DNA of 41,650 nt, taken from contig CAMOCH010000001.1 of NCBI GenBank assembly GCA_946610655.1, positions 1-41,650 of the forward strand, written 5' to 3'. Source of the stretch: an uncultured Clostridia bacterium. Its GTDB lineage: Bacteria > Bacillota > Clostridia > Christensenellales > UBA1242. Below are positions 1 to 8,891 of this stretch, in pieces. Each line of letters opens with the position of its first letter. The first letter of the stretch is position 1. The notes beneath the pieces are model-generated. The model was not told where the DNA came from. It searched no databases and saw nothing but the letters and a program-made list of their open reading frames with translations. Position numbers and translations under genes: made by a program.

Positions 1-642
1 AGTTTCATATTGTTCTTTATTAAGTGGGCAATTTATATAATCTCCATCACCCTGACCTTTACCATATCTATCTGCAACAAATGCTTTGCTCATGTCTATG
101 GTGTCTCCATCAACAATAGGTGCAGATGCATCATAATAATGACATTCTCCACCACATTTTGCCTTTAAATTTTCATAAAGTTTACCAGATGTGAGTGGAC
201 CTGTGCATATTACTGTGTTTGCATTTAAATCTATATCTTCAACTTGAGTGTTAACCACTTCTGCAAATTCAAGACGCTCAATTTGTTCAGTAACTTTTTT
301 AGAAAATTCTTCTCTATCAACAGCAAGAGCTGCTCCAGATGGCACTTTGGTTTTTTCTGCCATTTTTAAAAGCATAGAATCCCAAATCATAAGTTCACCT
401 TTAAGCATACCACTGGCAGAACTTGGGTCTTCACTTTTGAGCGAATTACTGCAAACAATTTCTGCTAAATTTTTATTTGAATGTGCCGGAGAATAAAATA
501 GTGGTTTTTGCTCAACAAGTTTACATTCTATACCCCGCATAGCAAGCTGATAAACACATTCGCATCCAGAAAGTCCACCACCAATAACTAACACTGGTGA
601 TGGACTTTTTAAATTTCTTTTGTTTACTGTAATGTTACTCAT
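1..642 (-). CDS. trmFO: Folate-dependent tRNA (uracil54-C5)-methyltransferase TrmFO (Gid), N-terminal about 214 codons; 3' part lies beyond the window start
   Basis: Absent from the ORF track because it is open at the window edge. Minus-strand translation from the ATG at 640-642 gives MSNITVNKRNLKSPSPVLVIGGGLSGCECVYQLAMRGIECKLVEQKP...SNSLKSEDPSSASGMLKGEL. It has an FAD-type GGGLSG motif typical of TrmFO/Gid. The start overlaps the topA stop by 8 nt. The topA-trmFO order matches B. subtilis. Confidence 0.85.
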   Translation of the reverse strand, partial: MSNITVNKRNLKSPSPVLVIGGGLSGCECVYQLAMRGIECKLVEQKPLFYSPAHSNKNLAEIVCSNSLKSEDPSSASGMLKGELMIWDSMLLKMAEKTKVPSGAALAVDREEFSKKVTEQIERLEFAEVVNTQVEDIDLNANTVICTGPLTSGKLYENLKAKCGGECHYYDASAPIVDGDTIDMSKAFVADRYGKGQGDGDYINCPLNKEQYET

Positions 643-2746
643 CAATCTCTTGACTTTCCTCTTTCTTTTGTTCAATTGGAGTCTTTGTTGAAAAATTACA
701 TTTTGGGCAACTTACAACTTTGCTCTTTGTGTAATACTTAACAATCATATCAGTATTGCAATTTGGACATTTTTCTCCTGCAGGGATATCCCAACTTACA
801 AAGTCACATTTTGGATATCCTTCGCAGCCATAAAAAGCTTTGCCTTTTTTGCTTTTAAGTTGTCTTATATTTTTGCCACATTTTGGGCATTTTGCAACAA
901 TTGGTTTTTCTTCTTCAAGTGGTTTTGTGTTTTTGCATTTTGGATAATTTGGGCAAGCAAGAAATTTACCAAACTTTCCAGTTCTTATAACCATTTTGCT
1001 TCCACATTTATCACAAACAACATCACTTTCTTCGTCTGGAATCTTTGCATTATCACCACTTACTAGTGCTGCTCTTATTTCTTTTTCAAATGGGCCATAA
1101 AATTCAGCAACAACATTTTGCCAGTCTTTACCCATATATTCAATATCATCAAGATTATCTTCCATTTGAGCAGTAAAGCCAATATCCATAATGCCTGCAA
1201 AATGTTTGTTTAGGTAGTCAACAGCTGTTCTACCAAGTTCTGTTGATTTTATTGCTTTACCTTTTTCTTTTTCAATATAGTTTCTCGCATACAAAACACT
1301 GACTGTTTGTGTGTATGTTGCAGGACGACCAATACCTTTATTTTCCATTGCATCAACAAGACTTGCTTCGGTGTATCTTGCCGGTGGCTTGGTGAATTTT
1401 TGTTCTGGTTTTTTATCTTTTTCTTTAAAGATATCTCCTTCTTCAATATTTGGGAGTTTGCTAGATTCATCATCATCTTCTTCGGTATAACTTGTGTAAA
1501 CCTTTGTATATCCTTCAAATATTGGAGTTCTGCCTGTAACTTTAAATTTATATCCAGAATTATCAATATCGGCGCTTATGCTATTATAACTTGCATCTGC
1601 CATTTGACTCGCCAAAAATCTGTCATAAATTAATTTATACAATTTATATTCATTTTTGCCAAGAAGGTCTTTCATTTTCTCTGGAGTATTATCAAGAGAA
1701 ATTGGTCTTATTGCTTCGTGTGCGTCTTGAACATCTTTTTTATTTTTAAATTGTCTTTCATATGGAGGCAAGTATTCTTGACCATATTTTTCTTTAATAA
1801 ACCATTTTGCTGCATTTTGAGCTTCTGGGCTAACTCTGGTTGAGTCTGTTCTAATATATGTTACAAGTGCTTGTTTTCCACCTGTAGAAAGTGGCGCACC
1901 TTCATATAATGTTTGAGCAGTTTGAGTTATAACTTTTAGACTCATACCAAGTTTGTTGCCTGCTTCTTTTTGCATACTAGAAGTAGTAAATGGCGCACTT
2001 GGATGAGAATATGTTACAGATTTTTTAACACTTTCAGCAACATAAGTTCCTGTTTTAAGTTTTTCCAAAATCTCGTCCATTTGTTCTTTTGTTTTGATTT
2101 TTTTATCTTTGCCATCAACCAAGGTTGCTTTAACAACTTCTTTTGAACCTTCTTTATGCAAACTTACAACAAGTGTCCAATATTCTTCTGGCTTAAAGTT
2201 TTCTATTTCTCTATCTCTATCAACAACAAGCTTAAGTGTTACGCTTTGAACTCTGCCTGCACTCATGTTTGCTTGAATTTTTTTGCAAAGAATTGGACTA
2301 ACTTTGTATCCCACAAGTCTATCAAGAACTCTTCTTGCTTGCTGAGCGTCAACCAACTTTTGATCAATTGGTCTTGGATGTTTTGCAGCTTCTTGAACTG
2401 TTTTCTTTTCAATTTGGTTATATGTTATTCTGCAGTTGCTTGTTTTGTCTATTCCAAGCACTTCACACACATGCCATGCAATTGCTTCACCTTCTCTATC
2501 AGGGTCGGTTGCTATCAAAACATTATCTGCTTTTTTATATTCTGCTTGCAAATTTGCAACAACTTTTTTCTTGTCGGCAGGGATAACATATTCTGGCGCA
2601 AAATTTTTAAGAATATCTACACCAAGCCCTTTAGCCGGCAAATCACGAATATGTCCAAAAGTTGGAACAACCTTGTAGGCATCTCCCAAATATTTTTGAA
2701 CACTTTCTCTTTTTCCTGGTCCTTCAATTAAAACAAGAGTTTTCAT
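635..2746 (-). CDS. topA: DNA topoisomerase I (type IA) with three C-terminal Cys4 zinc ribbons
   Basis: 703 aa. Toprim N-terminus (LVLIEGPGKRESVQKYLG, DPDREGEAIAWH), catalytic region YIRTDSTR, and C-terminal CDKCGS..CPNYPKC, CPKCG..CEGYPKC and CPNC..CPKC motifs. Confidence 0.95.
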   Translation of the reverse strand: MKTLVLIEGPGKRESVQKYLGDAYKVVPTFGHIRDLPAKGLGVDILKNFAPEYVIPADKKKVVANLQAEYKKADNVLIATDPDREGEAIAWHVCEVLGIDKTSNCRITYNQIEKKTVQEAAKHPRPIDQKLVDAQQARRVLDRLVGYKVSPILCKKIQANMSAGRVQSVTLKLVVDRDREIENFKPEEYWTLVVSLHKEGSKEVVKATLVDGKDKKIKTKEQMDEILEKLKTGTYVAESVKKSVTYSHPSAPFTTSSMQKEAGNKLGMSLKVITQTAQTLYEGAPLSTGGKQALVTYIRTDSTRVSPEAQNAAKWFIKEKYGQEYLPPYERQFKNKKDVQDAHEAIRPISLDNTPEKMKDLLGKNEYKLYKLIYDRFLASQMADASYNSISADIDNSGYKFKVTGRTPIFEGYTKVYTSYTEEDDDESSKLPNIEEGDIFKEKDKKPEQKFTKPPARYTEASLVDAMENKGIGRPATYTQTVSVLYARNYIEKEKGKAIKSTELGRTAVDYLNKHFAGIMDIGFTAQMEDNLDDIEYMGKDWQNVVAEFYGPFEKEIRAALVSGDNAKIPDEESDVVCDKCGSKMVIRTGKFGKFLACPNYPKCKNTKPLEEEKPIVAKCPKCGKNIRQLKSKKGKAFYGCEGYPKCDFVSWDIPAGEKCPNCNTDMIVKYYTKSKVVSCPKCNFSTKTPIEQKKEESQEIDE

Positions 2747-2818
2747 AAAATCTCACTTACTTTTATATTTGCATGCATATAAATGATATTAAATAATAAA
2801 TATAATTATAATATAATA

Positions 2819-2869
2819 TTGGCAAAGTAAACTGCCAATTTATTGCGTGCTACTTTTGAATACTAGCAC
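2819..2869 (-). terminator. Two tandem 6-bp hairpins downstream of the S51 peptidase gene (possible weak terminator)
   Basis: Hairpins GTGCTA..TAGCAC (2847-2869) and TTGGCA..TGCCAA (2819-2838). On the minus strand the second is followed by a T/A-rich tract. The stems are short. Confidence 0.3.
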
Positions 2870-2897
2870 AAACATTTTGGTGTTGTCAAATATGTTT

Positions 2898-3608
2898 TTA
2901 TGCTTTTTTTGACAATTCCTTGCCGTATTTTTGACTTTCTTTTGTTATTGCACGAATCATTTTTTTATTACTAAAAAATATATTTTTTAGCTTTCCATTT
3001 CTAACACTTACAAACTGATTGTTTTTTATTGTTAAAAATTTTCCTCTTCCTAAAAATTTTGTTTGCTTAACATGTGCATCATAACATTCTTTGGCACTAA
3101 CCATTTTTTTATCTACACCAGAGTATCTAGTTTTGCTATAATGCACAACCACACTTTTATCTAAAATTTTAAGTCCATCATAATCACTTAATTCTTTTTC
3201 ATATGGTTCATAACTTAATGTATGCAAAAGAGTGCTTCCTGTGATAACAGCTCCGGCACTATCACCTATGTATAAAACACCACTATTAATTCTTTCCCTA
3301 ATTTCATCAAACCAATCAATTTGAGTAAGTTTATCTTTTAGCCTGCAAACATTTCCACCACTAACAAAAATAATATCAAATTGATTTGTCTTGTGTGTAT
3401 GACTAGATAGTGTGCAAATATTTTTTTTGTCAATACCTGCCAAACACAATGCTTGTTTGCATAACGCGAGATAATATTTATTATCTTCATCAGCAAAAGG
3501 AACAAACAAAACCTTTTTGTTTTCTATATCATTTCCAAAAAAACTTTTTATATATTTTTTAGCATCAAGCATTCTTGAAAATGCTGAAAATAATAACATA
3601 TTAATCAA
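2898..3608 (-). CDS. Peptidase S51 (dipeptidase E-like) family protein
   Basis: The protein aligns by eye to PepE. VLFVPFA matches VFIPFA, IIFVSGGNVCRLKDKL matches IIVGGGNTFQLL, and LYIGDSAGAVITG matches LYIGWSAGAN (nucleophile Ser). The track start at 3608 is a TTG. An ATG at 3597-3599 (fourth codon) is an alternative start. Confidence 0.7.
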   Translation of the reverse strand: MINMLLFSAFSRMLDAKKYIKSFFGNDIENKKVLFVPFADEDNKYYLALCKQALCLAGIDKKNICTLSSHTHKTNQFDIIFVSGGNVCRLKDKLTQIDWFDEIRERINSGVLYIGDSAGAVITGSTLLHTLSYEPYEKELSDYDGLKILDKSVVVHYSKTRYSGVDKKMVSAKECYDAHVKQTKFLGRGKFLTIKNNQFVSVRNGKLKNIFFSNKKMIRAITKESQKYGKELSKKA

Positions 3609-3683
3609 TTTAAAAATCTCACTTTTTTACAAATTTATTTGTTATTTTAATGATTTAACCATGTTTTTGAATGGTTTTAATTC

Positions 3684-3700
3684 AAATTTTGCGTTTTTTA
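3684..3700 (-). repeat. Stop-codon-overlapping motif copy 1 (minus: TAAAAAACGCAAAATTT)
   Basis: Plus strand reads AAATTTTGCGTTTTTTA. Its final TTA (3698-3700) is the dprA TAA stop. Confidence 0.85.
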
Positions 3701-4789
3701 GTAATTTACTGAATTAATTTTTTCATAGTAATTACCGGACAATTTTCTCACCTTTCCCATGATTTCAAGCATAGATAATTTGGTGCTTATTTCTTGCATA
3801 TTAAGTTTTAAATTTTCACATATTTCATCAATATGCATTTCTCCATCATTCAATAAATTTAAAATTTGACTACTTATTAAATCTAATTGAATTTCTGTTT
3901 TCTTTTCCTTGCGAGAAGCAATTCCAAATCTATCCAAAATATCTTTTGGAGAAAGTGTTAAGCACTCTGGATATCTTGATATCAATTCATTTGTTCCTTT
4001 GCTTTGCTCACTAGTAATATTTCCAGGAACACAAAACAATTCTCTACCTTGTTCAATTGCAAACATCGCCGTGCTTGTTGCTCCACTATGCACACCAGCC
4101 TCAACAACCAAAGTTCCTTCACTAAGTCCACTAATTATTCTATTTCTTCTAATAAATGTGTATTGTTTTGGTCTTATTGTTGGCCTATATTCACTAACAA
4201 GCAAACCTTTTTGAGCAATTTCTCTTGCTAGTCCAACATTCTCTGACGGATAAATATTATCAAGTCCACCAGCCAATACTGCAATCGTTTTGCCACCAGC
4301 TTTTAATGTTTCTCTTGCACAGCATGCATCAATACCATAAGAAAGACCACTAACAGTAACAAGACCTGACTTTGCTATTTTTGCAGAAAAATCATTGGCA
4401 ACATCTCTTCCATAAAAAGTTGGTTTTCTTGTTCCAACAATTGCAAAACATTTTTTGTTTAAAAGTTTTTTATCGCCGATTGTATATAAAACAAATGGAG
4501 GGTCATCAATTTGTTTAAGCAAATATGGATACTCTTCATCTAAAATAGTTATTGCTTCAACAGAATATTTTTTTAAAAAAGATTCAATTTCTGCTCTTAC
4601 TTCTTCAATATTTGTTTTACTAATTTTTTCTATATGTTCTTTGTCTAAGTAATATTTTAAGTCTGCCTTAGACAATTCAAATATTTTTGTTAATATGCTT
4701 AATCCATTAACAAGACATTCAATTTTTTTATATGGAACGTCTAAAAAATCTAAATATATTAAAGACAATGATTCATCACTAATTTTCAT
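3698..4789 (-). CDS. dprA: DNA processing/protecting protein DprA (Smf)
   Basis: 363 aa. Rossmann-like DprA core (AIVGTRKPTFYGRDVA, SGLSYGIDACCARETL, IAVLAGGLDNIYPSEN, RNRIISGLS, VVEAGVHSGATSTA) and a C-terminal winged-helix-like tail. SD GAAGGGA lies upstream. Confidence 0.9.
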   Translation of the reverse strand: MKISDESLSLIYLDFLDVPYKKIECLVNGLSILTKIFELSKADLKYYLDKEHIEKISKTNIEEVRAEIESFLKKYSVEAITILDEEYPYLLKQIDDPPFVLYTIGDKKLLNKKCFAIVGTRKPTFYGRDVANDFSAKIAKSGLVTVSGLSYGIDACCARETLKAGGKTIAVLAGGLDNIYPSENVGLAREIAQKGLLVSEYRPTIRPKQYTFIRRNRIISGLSEGTLVVEAGVHSGATSTAMFAIEQGRELFCVPGNITSEQSKGTNELISRYPECLTLSPKDILDRFGIASRKEKKTEIQLDLISSQILNLLNDGEMHIDEICENLKLNMQEISTKLSMLEIMGKVRKLSGNYYEKINSVNY

Positions 4790-4840
4790 ATTTTCCCTTC
4801 AATTTAATAAAAATCATATTAAATTTTAACTTTTTAAACC

Positions 4841-4857
4841 AAATTTTGCGTTTTTTA
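4841..4857 (-). repeat. Stop-codon-overlapping motif copy 2
   Basis: Plus strand reads AAATTTTGCGTTTTTTA. TTA at 4855-4857 is the comM TAA stop. Confidence 0.85.
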
Positions 4858-6381
4858 TAAAGATAATTTATCAATATTTCTATAACTTATTGCTTCCAAT
4901 ATATGGTTTGATTTAATATCTTTTGAGCCATCTAAATCTGCTATTGTTCTTGCAACTTTTAATATTCTTGTGTATCCACGAGCAGACATATTAAATTTTT
5001 CAAAAGCATTTGCAAGCAAGTTTTCACTCTCTTCATCTAACACACAATATTCTCTAACTTGCTTATTTGTCATTTTTGCATTGCAATAAATTCCTGTTCC
5101 TGCAAATCTTTGTTGTTGAATTTTCCTTGCTTTATCCACGCGCTTCTTAACTTCTGCGCTAGATTCTTCAAGTTTATCACTTTTTAAATCTAGAAAAGCA
5201 ACTCTATCAACATCAACTTTTATATCAATTCTATCAAGAAGTGGTCCAGAAATTCTTTTTAAATATTTAGAAATTTGGGTTGGTGAGCATGTGCACACCA
5301 AATCTTTACTTCCATAATTTCCACATGGACATGGATTCATGCTTGCAACCAATATAAAGTTGGCTGGATACTCATATGTTCCAGACGCACGAGAAACTGT
5401 TACAACGCCATCTTCAAGTGGACCACGAAGCGTTTCTATGGTTGCCCTTGAATATTCTGGCATTTCATCCAAAAACAAAACCCCATTATGTGCTAAACTA
5501 ACTTCTCCTGGTTTTGCATCTTTGCCGCCACCAATTAAACTAACGTTTGTTGCTGTGTGATGAGGACTTCTGAATGGTCTTGTTGTAACAACACCTTTGT
5601 TTGAGTCTAACACACCAGCGATACTATGTATTTTTGTTATTTCTAGAGCTTCATCAAAAGTCAAATCTGGCAGTATCCCAGGAACACATCTAGCAAGCAT
5701 TGTTTTTCCTGCTCCAGGAGGCCCTGCCATCAAAATATTATGCCCACCACTAACAGCAATTTCCATTGCTCTTTTAACTGCATACTGACCTTTTACTCTT
5801 GCAAAATCTTCTTTAATGTAATCATTGTGTTCAACTTTCCATTCGTTATTTTCAACTTTTTCAAGGTTACCTGCACCATTTAGAAAGTCGCAAACTTCTT
5901 TTAAATTTTTTGCAGCATAAACATCAATGCCGGTTATATAGCTGGCTTCTTTTTGATTATCAAACGGAATAATAAAGCTTTTAAAGCCTTTTTCCTTGGC
6001 ACTAATAAGAAGTGGCAAAATTCCTCTGACTGACTTAACATTTCCATCAAGGCCAAGTTCTCCAAAATATATATAATTTTTTGCAGCCAGTTCTTTAACT
6101 TGTTCACTTGCAACCAATATGCTTATTGCAATGGCGAGATCAAAACTTGGTCCCTCTTTTTTTGCACCGGCTGGAGCCAAATTAACTATCACTTTTGATT
6201 TTGGAAATTGAAACATACTATTTTTGATTGCAGACTGAACTCTTTCTCTGCTTTCTTTAACAGCTGTATCTGCAAGCCCAACAATATCGTAGCCAGGAAG
6301 ACCCCTGTTGATATCAACTTCAACATCAACTTTATATCCAGAAAGCCCAGAGAGCCCAAAACTATTTACTTTTGCTAACAT
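4855..6381 (-). CDS. comM: Mg-chelatase-like AAA+ ATPase ComM/YifB
   Basis: Lon-protease-like N-domain, Walker A (MAGPPGAGKTM), Walker B (VLFLDEMPE) and a ChlI-like C-terminus. The track ORF starts at 6438. MLAKVNSFGLSG at 6381 is preceded by SD AGAAGGAA and matches family N-termini. Confidence 0.9.
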   Translation of the reverse strand: MLAKVNSFGLSGLSGYKVDVEVDINRGLPGYDIVGLADTAVKESRERVQSAIKNSMFQFPKSKVIVNLAPAGAKKEGPSFDLAIAISILVASEQVKELAAKNYIYFGELGLDGNVKSVRGILPLLISAKEKGFKSFIIPFDNQKEASYITGIDVYAAKNLKEVCDFLNGAGNLEKVENNEWKVEHNDYIKEDFARVKGQYAVKRAMEIAVSGGHNILMAGPPGAGKTMLARCVPGILPDLTFDEALEITKIHSIAGVLDSNKGVVTTRPFRSPHHTATNVSLIGGGKDAKPGEVSLAHNGVLFLDEMPEYSRATIETLRGPLEDGVVTVSRASGTYEYPANFILVASMNPCPCGNYGSKDLVCTCSPTQISKYLKRISGPLLDRIDIKVDVDRVAFLDLKSDKLEESSAEVKKRVDKARKIQQQRFAGTGIYCNAKMTNKQVREYCVLDEESENLLANAFEKFNMSARGYTRILKVARTIADLDGSKDIKSNHILEAISYRNIDKLSL

Positions 6382-6409
6382 ATTTATTCCTTCTTTATTT
6401 GATAAAATA

Positions 6410-6438
6410 ATTTTAACACATATAATTGTTATTGGCAA
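6410..6438 (-). promoter_or_regulatory. Candidate sigma-A promoter for comM-dprA
   Basis: Minus strand reads TTGCCA, 17 nt, TAAAAT, with TGT immediately upstream of the -10 (extended -10 like). Confidence 0.5.
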
Positions 6439-6475
6439 TAATTTTATCGAACATTTTTTCTATAAATATTTTTGC

Positions 6476-6505
6476 AATAAAAAAAACTGGGGGTCTCCCA
6501 GTTTT
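6476..6505 (-). terminator. Rho-independent terminator after rpsU
   Basis: Minus strand reads AAAACTGGG-AGACC-CCCAGTTTT followed by a T-run. It starts 5 nt after the rpsU stop. Confidence 0.8.
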
Positions 6506-6509
6506 GCTT

Positions 6510-6689
6510 TTAGCCTTTACGAGCGCGTTTTCTTGCAGCTTCGCTCTTTTTCTTTTTAGCAACAGAAGGTTTAACATAAGCTTCGCGTTTACGGATATCA
6601 CCAATGATACCATCTTTTTGACATTTACGTTTGAAACGTTTGATAGCGCTTTCTACGTTTTCATTTTCGCCTACTTTAACGGTTGACAT
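6510..6689 (-). CDS. rpsU: 30S ribosomal protein S21
   Basis: 59-aa ORF not listed as such in the track: [59 protein letters not shown]. It has a strong SD (GAGGAGGTG) 6 nt upstream. The position after mtaB matches Bacillus. Confidence 0.9.
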   Translation of the reverse strand: MSTVKVGENENVESAIKRFKRKCQKDGIIGDIRKREAYVKPSVAKKKKSEAARKRARKG

Positions 6690-6728
6690 GTTTTCACCTC
6701 CTCTTATAAAAAATCTCTAACGAAAAGA

Positions 6729-6757
6729 ATCTTATCACAAGGCATTAATTTTGTCAA
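6729..6757 (-). promoter_or_regulatory. Candidate sigma-A promoter for rpsU
   Basis: Minus strand reads TTGACA, 17 nt, TAAGAT. It begins 5 nt after the mtaB stop. Confidence 0.5.
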
Positions 6758-6761
6758 GTGA

Positions 6762-8039
6762 TTAATCACAAATTTGGCACTTTGCCCCGTCCATCATAAG
6801 TTCATTAAGCTTTACATTAACAATTGTGTTACCAGCAAGTTCTTTTGTTCTATTTTTTTCTATATAGCACTTAATGTAATTGTCTGTGTGAGCTGTATAA
6901 TATTCTCCGTCTGTGGTTTCAATAATAACCTTTTTAACGGCATCTTTTGCTATGTTTTGTTTTATAAATTCATCATGACCTGCTGCAGACAACGCTTTAA
7001 GTTTCCACACTCTGTCTTTTACACCATCTGCAACATTCTTAAATTTGGCTGCCACTGTGCCATCTCTTTTTGAATATGGAAACACATGCATTTCAAAAAA
7101 GTTTGCTTTTTTGCAAGTTTCGTAAGTTTCATCAAAAAGTTCTTCTGTTTCGGTTGGAAAACCTACAATAACATCAGTAGTTATTGCAGCAAGTGGAAAA
7201 TATTTTCTTATAAGTTCAACTTTGCCCAAAAACTCTTCTTTTGTGTAGTGCCTATTCATATCTTTTAAAACTTTGTTTGAACCACTTTGCATAGACAAAT
7301 GAAAATGTGGACAAAAATATTCATCTGTCAATAAATATTTCAAAAATTCATCATCAATAATATTTACTTCAAGCGATGAAAATCTGTATCGCATTTTTTG
7401 CTTTACTGAAGAGTCGTTAACAGATTTAATAAGTTTTGCAACATCAACCAAACTTGTGCCGTCATCAAAATCTTTTCCGTAACCAGACAAGTTTATTCCA
7501 GCAAGAACCACTTCATTAACCCCAGAGTTTTGCATGTTTAAAAGCTCATTTTTAAGTTCTGCAAGTGATCTAGATTTTTCTCTTCCACGAACATATGGAA
7601 TCAAACAATATGTGCAAAAATTGTTGCAGCCATCTTGACACTTTAACACTCCTCTGGTTCTGTTTGAAATATGTTCGTTTGAATTTATCATTTTAACATT
7701 ATTATCACTACATATTTTTGCAGCAATTTGAATTTTATTTTGTGTGCCAATAACAAATTTAACATTTGGTATTTTTGAAAAATGTTCACTGTTATTTTCA
7801 CTTGCGCAACCTGCAACATACACATCTGCTTTTGGATTTATTTTGAGAAGCTTTGTTATCATGTTGCGGCTTTTTCGTTCACCTTCATTAGTTACAGCAC
7901 AAGTGTTAACAAAATATACATCTGCAAATTCGTGACCAAAAACAACAGAAAAACCACTTGCAGTAAGAACCCCTGCAATGGTGTCTGACTCGTATTGATT
8001 GACTTTGCAACCAAGATTTACTATTGCGACTTTTTTCAT
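6762..8039 (-). CDS. mtaB: tRNA t6A37 methylthiotransferase MtaB (MiaB-like radical SAM enzyme, YqeV family)
   Basis: 425 aa. N-terminal UPF0004 domain (VNLGCKVNQYES), radical-SAM CxxxCxxC (CNNFCTYCLIPYVRG) and a TRAM-like C-terminus. It shows synteny with rsmE and rpsU. Confidence 0.85.
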   Translation of the reverse strand: MKKVAIVNLGCKVNQYESDTIAGVLTASGFSVVFGHEFADVYFVNTCAVTNEGERKSRNMITKLLKINPKADVYVAGCASENNSEHFSKIPNVKFVIGTQNKIQIAAKICSDNNVKMINSNEHISNRTRGVLKCQDGCNNFCTYCLIPYVRGREKSRSLAELKNELLNMQNSGVNEVVLAGINLSGYGKDFDDGTSLVDVAKLIKSVNDSSVKQKMRYRFSSLEVNIIDDEFLKYLLTDEYFCPHFHLSMQSGSNKVLKDMNRHYTKEEFLGKVELIRKYFPLAAITTDVIVGFPTETEELFDETYETCKKANFFEMHVFPYSKRDGTVAAKFKNVADGVKDRVWKLKALSAAGHDEFIKQNIAKDAVKKVIIETTDGEYYTAHTDNYIKCYIEKNRTKELAGNTIVNVKLNELMMDGAKCQICD

Positions 8040-8090
8040 TTTTTCTCCATTTTTTAATGATTTATATATATTTTTTCACTTTTTTTATGT

Positions 8091-8107
8091 AATTTTTGCG
8101 TTTTTTA
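8091..8107 (-). repeat. Stop-codon-overlapping motif copy 3 (one mismatch)
   Basis: Plus strand reads AATTTTTGCGTTTTTTA. TTA at 8105-8107 is the rsmE TAA stop. Confidence 0.8.
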
Positions 8108-8824
8108 CTCTAAATACTGACTTATCACAGACACACCCAAAATTGCTGCTGTTTCAGTTCTAAGTATTCTTTTGCCAAGACTAACTATTTTTGCTCCAGC
8201 ACTTTTTAATGCATCAATTTCTTCATTTGAAAAGCCACCTTCTGGACCAATTACTATTGCAACATTTTGGTTTTGTTTGATTGCTGGCAAATAATCTTTT
8301 AGTAGCAAGTTTTCTTCATTTTCATAAAAAACAATAAAGTGATCATATTTTTTTACACTAGCCACAACATCTTTAAACGACATTACACCTTGCACATTTG
8401 TAAGTTTACTTCTGCCACATTGTTTGCACGCCGAAACGGAAACGCTTTCAAGCTTATCAAGTTTGCCTGTGTTTGATTTAACATCACAAAATTTACTTTC
8501 AAAAACAACCATGTTGCTTGCACCAATTTCGGTTATTTTTTGCATGATAAGAGAAAGTTTATCTCCTTTTGCGAGCGCCTGAAACAGATCTATTTTTTGC
8601 ACAGGATTTGCTATGTTTTTTGTTTTGCTTATTAACTTAAGTTCGGCATTTTTTTTGTTAAGTTTTGCAACTGTTGCTACGTAATTATAATCATCGCCAC
8701 AAAAAAGTTCAACATTTTCACCTTCTCTTGTGCGCATTACATTTGCTAAGTGATGAAATTCATCACCTTCCAAAACCACATTTTCGCCGTCTATTTTATC
8801 AATATAATATCTTTTTAATTTCAT
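8105..8824 (-). CDS. rsmE: 16S rRNA (uracil1498-N3)-methyltransferase RsmE
   Basis: 239 aa. PUA-like N-terminus (HHLANVMR) and a SPOUT C-terminus (IVIGPEGGFSNEEI...LGKRILRTETA). Confidence 0.85.
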   Translation of the reverse strand: MKLKRYYIDKIDGENVVLEGDEFHHLANVMRTREGENVELFCGDDYNYVATVAKLNKKNAELKLISKTKNIANPVQKIDLFQALAKGDKLSLIMQKITEIGASNMVVFESKFCDVKSNTGKLDKLESVSVSACKQCGRSKLTNVQGVMSFKDVVASVKKYDHFIVFYENEENLLLKDYLPAIKQNQNVAIVIGPEGGFSNEEIDALKSAGAKIVSLGKRILRTETAAILGVSVISQYLE

Positions 8825-8860
8825 AACACACTTATTATATCAAATTTATAATAAAATGCA

Positions 8861-8888
8861 ATAAAAAATGGTGCGTTTGCACCATTTA
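8861..8888 (-). terminator. Rho-independent terminator after dnaJ
   Basis: Minus strand reads AATGGTGC-AAAC-GCACCATT followed by TTTTATT. It starts 4 nt after the dnaJ stop. Confidence 0.65.
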
Positions 8889-8891
8889 TAA

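Noticed and set aside
860-2731. Multiple plus-strand ORFs (60-191 aa) inside topA. Similar antisense ORFs lie inside dnaK (11069-11569), grpE/hrcA (12373-12906), lepA (16310-16771), helD (21140-21561) and the phage genes.
   Set aside because: These are shadow frames opposite well-supported minus-strand genes. Their products are low-complexity and Phe/Ile/Cys-rich, with no SD and no recognisable motifs.
3684-3700. Reading the 17-mer as a CodY box (AATTTTCWGAAAATT).
   Set aside because: It matches only about 9 of 15 positions, and only the right half-site resembles the consensus. That is insufficient to assign.
6382-6438. N-terminal extensions of track ORFs. Affected genes are comM to 6438, lepA to 17041, rarA to 23244, pnuC-like to 19727, the holin to 30882, the 185-aa phage ORF to 37837 and the 101-aa ORF to 38072.
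   Set aside because: The upstream starts are TTG codons or they overlap neighbouring genes, and they lack an SD. Internal ATGs have good SDs and match family N-termini.
6413-6686. Track ORFs 6413..6613 (-) and 6426..6686 (+).
   Set aside because: They overlap the much better supported rpsU (6510-6689, strong SD, clear S21 sequence) and its terminator. Both are spurious.
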